Assembly (NCBI GenBank): GCA_023645945.1
Contig: JALAIB010000106.1
Coordinates: 1-32,288, forward strand
Length of the DNA stretch: 32,288 nt
Source of the DNA: Diploschistes diacapsis
Lineage: Eukaryota
Direction of reading: 5' to 3'
Shown here in pieces: positions 22,977-32,288 of the stretch. A model generated the notes under the pieces. That model made no database searches. It saw nothing but the letters and a program-made list of their open reading frames with translations, and was not told the DNA's origin. Numbering within the stretch: the stretch's first letter is position 1; every line of letters begins with the position of its first letter. Both the position numbers and the translations under genes were made by a program.

Positions 22977-24094
22977 TGAGCAGCCAGTCACTCTGCGGCC
23001 TAGCCTGAAGATCGCAACGTAGATATTAGGACACCCGGACTACTTGTCGTCAGGTATCGCGATTTATTTCCTAAATAAGTGCCATCTCGAGCCTTTACTC
23101 GCATTACAGAGCATAAGTTAGTGGGAAGGTGCTTATCATTGGTAAAGTACTTCGTCTCAACTATTATAATTGCAAGACGCATAGATGCTTCAAATCTCTA
23201 AGTTTCTTTCCCGGTGATGGCTTCCCCACAAGAACTTGATCTCCCAACCCAATTGGTTCTTGGTCGGGCCTTGATAAAGGAGCCATGATCTGAGAGACTA
23301 CGACCGGCCTACGTTTCTGTTTCATTGAAAGCTACCGCCATGAATATGACGGAAGCTGGCCTGGCGTCGTACCGGTGAAGAAGATACGAGCAAGCATTTA
23401 CCCTACAGGGAACAAACTTCGCGAGGAAACGCTTAGCCTGAGGTTCTCCATCAGTGGCGCATAATCACCACTACGCCCCAAATTCCACCGCGCCGCTGCC
23501 ATTGCTCCGAGTCTCATTGCTTCTGTATCACTAGCTCGCAGGCTAGCTACTTGGTACTTGCGTATTTCTCCATATCTGCGCAAATGACAAGACATTTTGG
23601 AACCCTCTTCAACTTACCAAACCATGGGGAGCCGGTCCAATCCCAATAACGGGCTTGTAACGAACAAGTAGCACCAAGCAATCTGCGGAGCAAGGCTGCG
23701 GTCCATGAAGTGGTTCACGGTCAGTCATAAGGATTCTGCTTGGGTCTGATGGTCCTCAAATTGTACACCACGCGTATATTGGTGCCGCAATGCACCAAAC
23801 GAAATGGTGTACCGCCGCCTCAAAATGCCCTCGGCCCCTTTTGAGCGCGTTAGATCTGGACGTCTCAAAACCGTTATTGGATGTAAGCTGAGATATTCCG
23901 TCAATGCTTTTTTTTTGCTCTTTATTCGGCAGGAATAGCTGTCCATTTCATACCAGCATGAGCGAGAGGTCTGACAGATTTAGGCATCACAAGTGAGATA
24001 GGCTGTAGTTGGAGGCGGAGGTTGCGTTAGGCTTGTGCTGTCGAGATGGTTCCTTCAGCGGACGCCCACAGCTCGAATGGTACTGAAGTATTAG

Positions 24095-27000
24095 ATGAAC
24101 ATCATTTTGGGATACGATGCGATCGCCATCGTCGGCTTTGCCTTCGATTTCCCCCAGGAAGCGACATCTCGTGAGGCATTTTGGGAGATGTTGGCGCAGG
24201 CAAGATGCGCCTCGACCGACTTTTCACCGGACCGCCTGAATATAGATGCCCTTTATCATCCAGTCTATCGAAGGACGGATGCCGTTAGTCCAAGCGTTGA
24301 TTGCAAGACCTTTATGCCACGGCCGAAACGCTGACGAGCAGTCAGTGGATCCCCTTCAACGCAAGTTCTTAGAGGTCACTTATCGAGCCTTCGAGAATGG
24401 TAGGATACTTTAAAAGTCTATGGACGCAGTTACTAACCTATACCGCAGCTGGCCCGCCACTGGGAAAAGTGTTTGGAACGCAGACATCGGTTTATACGGC
24501 GAGCTTTTCGGATGACTACCGCTTGATCCTCAATAGAAACGCAGAGGGGATTCCAAGCCACACTATGGGCGGAACTATTGGCTCATTCCGACCAAACGGA
24601 ATTAGTTGGTTCTTCAATCTCAATGGATCGGGTATCCACATGGACACCGCATGCTCTGGTAGTCTGGCCACTGTTGACCAGGCATGTCCAGGTTTGTGGT
24701 CCGGAGTTGCAGATATGGTAAATCAACATGTCAGGAACAGCTAGCCAAGCACTTGGGGTAGTGACGCTAATCCTAGTAGAGCGTTTGCGTAGGCGGGAAA
24801 ATAATACTGATCCTGCCAATCTAGTAGCGATGTCGAACATGAATTTCCTCTCCGCCAATAGCAGGTGTTTCAGTTTCGATCACCACGCGAAGAGATACGC
24901 TCCGGGAGAAGGCGTGGGAGCGGTGGTACTTCAACGCCTATCGGACGCGCTGCGAGACGGGAACTGCGTTCGCGCGGTCATAAGAGCTACTGGAACGAAC
25001 TCCAATGGTCTGCGCCAGGCATTTTCCAACCAACTGGCACCGCTCAGAAGCGGTTGATCAGAGCTGCATACTGGAAGGCTGGGTTAAGTATGAAGTACAC
25101 GCGATTCTTTGAGGCACACGCTACGGGAACGGCACTTGGTGATCCAACCGAGGCTTCTGCGATAGAGGCCGCGTTAAGCGCCAGTGAGGAACCTCTCTAT
25201 ATGTAAGATCCCTGCATGGTTTGTTACAGAAATGATCATGGTCTCATGGAATGCTACAGAGGAGCCTTGAAATCAAATATTAGGCATCTTGAAGGTGGTA
25301 GCGGTATCGCTGGTCTGCATCAGATCGAAGTCGAGTTGAACGCCTAGTCAAAGCTCACGCAGAGCGCTTCGAACACCTAAGGATCTTCAAATATAAGGAG
25401 AATTTTCTGTCAGATCTGGGATATACAGTATCAAGCCGAATGAGCCCTCTGACATGGAAAACTTTCTCTATAGTGCACTCGACATCTGATCTTAGGAATA
25501 TCGCATCAAACATCCCGAGGCCTGTAAGATTGAAACCTCAGCCAAAGTTAGCTTGTAGACTGGATGGTGCGTGTAGATAAGCATCTCCAGTCTTTCGGGG
25601 AGCCAGTGGCCCTTGTTGGAGAAGCTGTCCAAGCCCAAACAGGAATCCAAAATAAACACTCCAGGAATCAACCAGCCCGCATGCACGGCTATTCAGATTG
25701 CCCTCATGGACCTTCTTCGAGACATATGCATAACCCCTGACACTATGGTGGGCCACTCGTCTGGAGAGGTAGCAGCGGCATACTGTACTGGGGCAATATC
25801 GCGTCAAACTGCTTGGGAAATCGCCTATTTCCGTAGGCTCTTAGCAGATTCACTAGCCTCCTCTAAGGACCCAAGAAAAACTATGCTCGCGGTCGGATTA
25901 AGAAGCGGAAGAAATGCAGAGCAATATTGATTATGCTACCATCAGTTTGCGACCTGCGAGATTGTCATAGCTTTTGTAAAAAGTCCGAAGAATATCACCC
26001 TTGCTGGAGAAGAGGAGCAACTAGCTGCGCTGTCGCACGTGCTAGAGGCAGACGGCATCTTCAACCGTAAGCTCCAAGTTACAGTAGCCTACCATTCATC
26101 TCAGATGGAGACGGTAGCGGACGAGTATATTCGCCTAGTGGGATCGATCGAGTCAGGTATCCTACCGTCCAAGTCATGCGTGATGATTTCAACTGTGGAA
26201 GGGACGCCTGTTAAGTCAACTGAGCTCTTGTTCTCCTGTACTGGGTCAAGAACATGGTGCCTCTAGTTCGGTTTGCAGGAGCCATCAGTCAGATGGTTAA
26301 GGAGATAGTTTCCCAAAAAGCTCTTGCGGGCCAACTGCACCGGGTTGGGCCGGTCGATACGGTTCCAGAGATCGGCCCTCACTCGACATTAAAGGGTCCT
26401 GTTAGAGAAACACTCGGGGGTACGACTGCTGGGAAGACCATAGACTACGTTTCACTCCTTGGGCGCTTCAAATCAGCACTTGAGACGTTACCACCTGCAG
26501 TTGGGAGCCTACATCCCCTCGGGCATTTCGTCGACATCGTCAAATTCAACGATGCCGGCTATCCAAGCAAAGAGCCTCATCAACTGCTTGTTAATCTGCC
26601 AGCATATCCGTTTGATCATTCTCATTCCTACTGGCCCAGGACTGGACTCGATAACGGTTACCGATTTCGGCATACAGGGCGCCACGACTCTCTCGGCACG
26701 CCGACCCCGGAGTGGAATCCAATGGACGCCAAATGAGGCAACTTCATTCGCCTGAGTGAGTTGGAGAGGGTCAAGGACCACGTGGTGAACGGATCAAGCC
26801 TGTACCCCGGCGCGGGGATGATGGCAATGGCTATGCAAGCAATGACTCAACTCGCAGAGGATCTTAATCAGATTTAGGGTTGGATTTCGGAAGATCTTGT
26901 TACAGAACTCTCTGGTGATACCCGCCGGCTTCACAGGCGTGGAGACAACTTTCACTGTTCGCCGACTCAAGAACCGGACGAATCAATTTTCAGAATGGTC

Positions 27001-30000
27001 CGAGTCCATACTCTCGTTTGAATCAGGGGACTGGGTTGAGAATAGCAGTGGAACCACAACAGTGAAGCAGACGCGTAAAGATACCGAAGTTCATGCAATG
27101 TTGGAAGATGCATCAGAATTGAAAGAAATACAGGAAGAGAATCGAGTCTGCCGAGAAAACATGCCATACATCCTTACGTGCAGAGACAATCTACCGATAC
27201 TTCAAGAATGCTGGTCTCGACTATGGCTCTATATCTCAATTGATATCCACAGCATCATCTGATGGCAGCAGAGAGGCTGTGTCAACCTTCAGGATCTGCG
27301 CAGAACCAATAAATGGAAAATCAATACCCGATTACGTTGTACGTCCGGCCACATTAGATGCCGTTCTGCATAACATATACTTTGGTCTTAGCAAGGGCCT
27401 GACAGAAGAGATCCATACAAGCGTTCCGTCAACGGCAGAGCGGGTATGGGCTTCGAAAACCGGGTTGAATAGTTCGTCAGGCGCTGAATTCAAGGTCTTT
27501 ACGGAAGGCTCACATATCAGCCCGGCCCACAGCAAGAACTTATTGGTGGCCATGACCCCTGAAAAAGACAGAGTTCTGATAGTCGTGGATGATTAGAGAC
27601 CACCGTGGTTGGCGATACGAGTAGCTCGGACCCTGGGCGCATTTCTGCATAACAGCCCGTCCATCATATTGAGTGGGCGCCTGATGTTTCGATTATGCGG
27701 AACCTGCAGCACCAGCAGGGGCTTGAATACATTCGGCCCCAGTATCGTGGCCCAGAGCCCGTCGACTTTTTATGATGACCTTACGCTTTTCTTGCTCGCA
27801 TCGATAAAGATTACTCTTTTGGTCATCTCTGACACTGATGCGGAAAATACGGGGAGTGGATGCGTCACATATTGGAAAGCTTTGAAGAGGGTACGCTTCC
27901 AGATGCGCCTCTTTTCTGGAAAGAAAGGCTATCCGAACCATTTTTGAAAGAGCAGCTAGCAGCGTCTATCAAAGAGAACTCCGCTCAAGGTAGGCTCTTT
28001 TACGAAGTGTCTGAGCATCTCACAGCTCTCATTACCAGCCCGCACAGTATCCACCAGCTTCTCTTCGAGACCGGACCAGTATCATCGTAGTATCCAGAAT
28101 CTTATCAAGTTTCTGAACTTAAAGCTGCATACACTAAGTACGTTAGTGCCCTTGCATTCAAAACCTCAACAATGAGGGTACTTGAGGATAAGAGCAGTCA
28201 CAAGAGGAGCTACTACGATGACTCTTAATGCACTCTCCGGCCCAGATGGCGAGCTCAGATGTGCTCGATATGAATTCACCGATATTTCAACATCTTTCCC
28301 CAGCAAAGCCCGCGAGAAGCTTAAATTGTACGGCAACAGAGTCTGATACCGCTTGCTGAATGCAGAGCAGGATCCTGTGGAGCAGGGTTTTGAGGAGGGG
28401 AGCTATGATCTGATACTTCATACACAGCTTGTCGAAATCGCTGGGCAACGTGCGCAGACTACTCAGACCAGGGTGGCAAGGTTCTCTTGGGCGAGATGAC
28501 GCGCCCGGAGGACGTCTTTTGTGTTCAGGTTATTTTCAGACCGGTGGCTTAGCGAAGAGGCCTATCGAGAATTGACCCCTTCAGTCTCAGAGGAAAAGTG
28601 GAACGAGGTTTTGCAGGATAGCGGTTTCTCTGGGAACGACCTAGTCATACACGATTACGAAGAGAAGCCCTGCAGCGAACTGAGTGTCCTAGTGTCAAAC
28701 TGGAATCACAAGATCCCCCAAATATGCATATGTTGGAGTTTCGATAATCACACAGGTCTCATCAAAGCATCAAGCAGCTTTGGCGCAAAGCTTGCAGACG
28801 GAGTTACAAAAAACAAACCTACAAAAAACAGACCGGCGATGCAGAATTTTGACTCTTCAGGAATTCATCACCACAATAACTCCAGAGCAAGAAATCTGTG
28901 TGTACTTGTTAGAATACGAGGAACTACTTGTAACTGAGCTGGACAAATCTCGTTTCGATGCATTCTAGACGGCGATTCTAGCTTCGAACCATGCTCTCTG
29001 GGTCAATGGTGACGGAGGAGCTACCATTAGTGACCCGGGTTTTGGCGCTATTGACAGATTCGCAAAGACGATACGGAATGAAGACCACGCAAGAAAGTTT
29101 GTGACCATTGCCCTGAGCAAGAAACGGATTCCAAGAAGATATTGGAACGGCATCTGAGGCATGTTCTTGCCGTAATGAGCCGTTCGCTCATTAATAGGGA
29201 AGAATCTTCGCCTCAATTAGCAGAAGTCAATTGTAAGGAGAAACAAGGCATGCTGGGATTCGAGAGGCTTATAAAATCGCCATCAGTCGAACACGCGATA
29301 CTAGCTCAACGGACAAATCAGGAAGCGTTGCTGCAAGCAGTCAAAGACTGTCCGCCTATCAAGCTGAGCGTACCACACCCAGGCGCCCTGGAGGCCCTGA
29401 AATTTGTAGAAGACGACAGTGTCGAGACTTCGCTTAATCCCAGCGAAGTCGAGGTTGAAGTAAAGGCGATTGGAGTGGCGATTGCGGATAGCCTGACGGT
29501 CGCTGGGAGACAGAAGAACGGCCAATTAGGCAGCGAGTGCACCGCATCGTCTTACGAGCTGGAACCGATCCCGGGTTGCAGGCGGGAAACAATGTCACCC
29601 TTGTGGCCGCTGACACATGTAGGACCATTGCGAGATCACGCCTCATAGCTAGGTTCTCATCTGATCTATCCTTCGCGGAAGCTGCAGCGATTCCAGCGTC
29701 CTATGTCCGCGCGCTGTATTCCCTACGAGAGGTTGCGCAGATCAGAGAAGGAGAAACAGCTCTCGCCAACAACGCAGTCTGCGGTTTCGGTCTAGCGTGT
29801 TCTCACAGTAGCCTTCTATCTCAAAGCAGACGTATATGTTACTGCCCTGAGCGATGCTGAGAGAAATAAACTAACGGAGCTCTTCGACCTCCCCATCGAG
29901 CGTATCTTGTGTTTTCAAGACCCCTCCTTTGCGAAAGCCATTAAGCGCCTCACAAATGAGCGCGGGTGGATGTGGTTCTCAATACCCTGGACGAAACCGG

Positions 30001-31526
30001 CACCGCTCTTTCTTGGGACTGCCCAGCTCTTATGGGCCGCTTCATTGAGGTTAGTCTAGACAGTAAATCGGACGAGAGACGGTTGAAACTACCGCCTGCT
30101 AGTCATGTTATGTACAGTACGACTGATCTGAGGTTGCCACAATGAAGGAGCGGCCGCAGCTAGCAAAGTCACTGCTGGAGGAATCGATGGCCTTGATCAA
30201 GGCCGGAAAGTTAAGGAAGCCCTTGATGATTGTTGAGGCTCCAATTTCGAAGCTCGACGAAGCTGTTATGGGTATGATGAGAAGGAAGAATACTTGAAGA
30301 TTGTGGTCACCGTGGACGTGACGATGAGGTGAAAGTGAGAGCTATTGGACTAGTCATTGCGATGCCATTGCTCATATGGTATAGTTCTCCCTTTGTTCAA
30401 AACCCATTTTCTCCTTTAGTTCAGACGCAACATATGTGATGAGCGGCGGCTTCGGAGCAGTCGGTCAGCTTATTGCCCGTTGGATGGTTTAGCAAGGCGC
30501 AAAAAACTTAATATTCCCCTCGAGATCCGGGGGCAGTGGAGCGGCTCGATTCTGACTCGCTCAGAGGAGACGGTGCCAAAATGGGTCGAAGCACCAGCAG
30601 TTGACATACGAATCTGGCGCTATTGCAGTCTGTACTCGGGCCGCTCCTAGAAGCACGCCCCCTATCATGGGCTGCGTCCAGGCGGCTGTGTGATCAAGGT
30701 AATTTACGTTTCTCCCTTCCCTAATGATGAAGCCTCACTTTCACAGGACGTACTTTTTGAGTATATGAGTTTTGACGATTGAACCGGGTAACGGCACCTA
30801 AGATCCAAGGGAACTGGAACCTTCATCTCAAGGGGACAAGGGAGGCGAACGTGCAGCACCTTTGAGCTTAGGGCCGGTCAAATCAGGCAGCCAGTGGACA
30901 ACCGACAGACCGGTGATTATGCCGATCTGCACAGCGGCAACCACATCATACAATCACCCGAGGACTTATGCGCGATAGTAGGTTACTACTGAGAACCTCC
31001 CACCCGAGGACCTTGCACCCGACCGGGGTGCACAGTGTAACCGCGTAACGGGTATCCACGACACAGCACGCATTCGCGCTCTAGCCGGGCATGATGGGCC
31101 AGAGTGGATGCAGCGCCCACTATTCGCGCACTTCTACTCGCAAGATTTTTTTCGGGGAGGGAGCCACAGATCGCATGGGCCAAGACGACGATTCCAACAA
31201 AGATGGCGAAAAGCCGGGACAGTCCGGGAGCCAGAAGCAAAAGAAACAAATCGGAGCCGAGCTCGCGGCGTTAATCGAGTGCAGCACCACGTCGGAAGAA
31301 GCGCACTCTGCGGCCGTCGAGGCGGTTACTGTGGCCTTGCTCAAGCGTCTGGCGGTACTCTTGGCGTTCGGAATCGATAGCCTTGTGGCGGTGAATCTGA
31401 GAAATTGGATCTCGAGGGGAGGTCAAGGCGAAGATAGCAATTTTCGATATCATGAACGCGAAGAGTGTGAGGGATATGGCGGGTGAGCTTGTGGGCTGGA
31501 GCAAGTGGAGGAAGGGAGCGGAGTAA
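24095..31526 (+). pseudogene. Highly reducing iterative type I polyketide synthase pseudogene (KS-AT-DH-cMT-ER-KR-ACP)
   Basis: Motifs in order: DAIAIVG (~24116), DTACS (24643), EAHATGT (25111), KSNIRHLEG (25270), AT GHSSG (25751), DH HVVNGSSLYP (26779), cMT YEFTDIS and QGFEEGSYDLI (~28270-28415), ER EVEVEVKAIGV (~29445), KR GGFGAVG (~30445), ACP FGIDSLVAVNLRNWI (~31367). Many frameshifts and in-frame stops (e.g. TGA 26734, TAG 30490). Introns are retained (24400..24448, 25203..25259). Confidence 0.95.
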
Positions 31527-32020
31527 GCGAGATGGAGCAGGAGCTGTAATTGTATGTACTGGTTTTTTATTTTTATTTTTATTTTTTCATCTCGAGGGCA
31601 GGGGGTATAGAGCCAAGGCGGATTGGAGGATTGAACATATTGGAGCGTATGGCTCCACTGATCCCTTTCCCTGCAACTTTTGCTCTTTTTAGCCACATCT
31701 AAGCCAGCAACCTTATCATGTCGAAATCGCATGGCTATACAGGAACCGACGTTTAGTACGCTAAGACGCGGCGTACTCTATCAGCCCCAGTACGAGGTTC
31801 TTGATTCGTCTGGCTATTTATCTGCCTGTACCTACCTCGCAGCCCTATCAGGAGGGACATATGTATATCCCCTTTGCCATCGAACAATGAACTTAACACC
31901 GGAGTCAAACAGCAAGGAGCCTGCTTTCCGCGATATTTCTCCTTCCAAAAGCCTACGAAATACATGACTTTCCCCAACACCCCCCCCTCCCGCCAGAATC
32001 GATGCAATAGACGCGGCGTG

Positions 32021-32288
32021 CACCTCCGCCCGCTCTCCCTCGTCTCGCTGTATCTTCTGTTCTCCCGCGCTTTCAACGCCGTCGAGCTGCGCACGCTGCT
32101 CCTCCGCGCCGAGCCGCCCGCGATTCTAGCCCTCTCGACGGCGAATAAGCGCCACTACCTATGCGCGCCGTACAGAGCGTATTCGGCCGAGGCGATCAGC
32201 GGGGTGCTGGGGAGGGGCTGTTCTGGTGGGTTAATGGGCTGATGGGGGCGGGGTTCCGGAAGGCGCTGACGTTGGGGGACCCAGATGC
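32021..32288 (+). pseudogene. ABCC/MRP-type ABC transporter fragment (TMD0-L0 region), disrupted, runs off the window end
   Basis: LRPLSLVSLYLLFSRAFNAVELRTL...NKRHYL..PYRAYSAEAISGVLGRG, then after a 1-nt frameshift at ~32214-32217 LFWWVNGLMGAGFRKALTLGD. This matches the fungal ABCC pattern RPS.LL..YL...D...RTL...KR..L......PE..SG...R.LFWW.N.L...G.RK.L...D. Confidence 0.7.

Noticed and set aside
23330..23450. Faint TPR-like reading (MNMTEAGLASYR*RRYEQAFTLQ)
   Set aside because: Too short and degenerate to support a call.
24095..31526. Idea that the PKS is functional through A-to-I editing, readthrough or splitting into several genes
   Set aside because: Lesions include many frameshifts and deletions of essential motifs, which editing or readthrough cannot repair.

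Overview
Eukaryotic DNA from a filamentous ascomycete (inferred from short GT-AG introns with CTAAC/CTGAC branch sites and the gene content). Positions 1-21.1 kb hold eight apparently intact protein genes: MHR1/mL67 (runs off the left edge), VPS16, a short kinesin-3, MDM10, a DUF3602/Par32-like protein, MPP alpha (MAS2), TOM22 and a MIF/tautomerase-fold protein. The same block has an intron-containing tRNA-Gln(UUG). Two small non-autonomous DNA transposons that the ORF track does not show sit in intergenic DNA. One is a 182-bp pogo/Fot1-like MITE (TA duplication, ACGT termini) just upstream of MHR1. The other is a 533-bp PIF/Harbinger (Tourist-like) MITE with a 3-bp duplication and an array of internal hairpins. 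Positions 21.8-32.3 kb are a decayed secondary-metabolite locus: an epoxide-hydrolase-like pseudogene, a ~7.4-kb highly reducing PKS pseudogene and the start of a broken ABCC transporter. All calls come from manual reading and motif recognition; no searches were run. No clearly novel functional system is demonstrated. The best leads are the two MITEs, the dead cluster and the local concentration of mitochondrial import genes.
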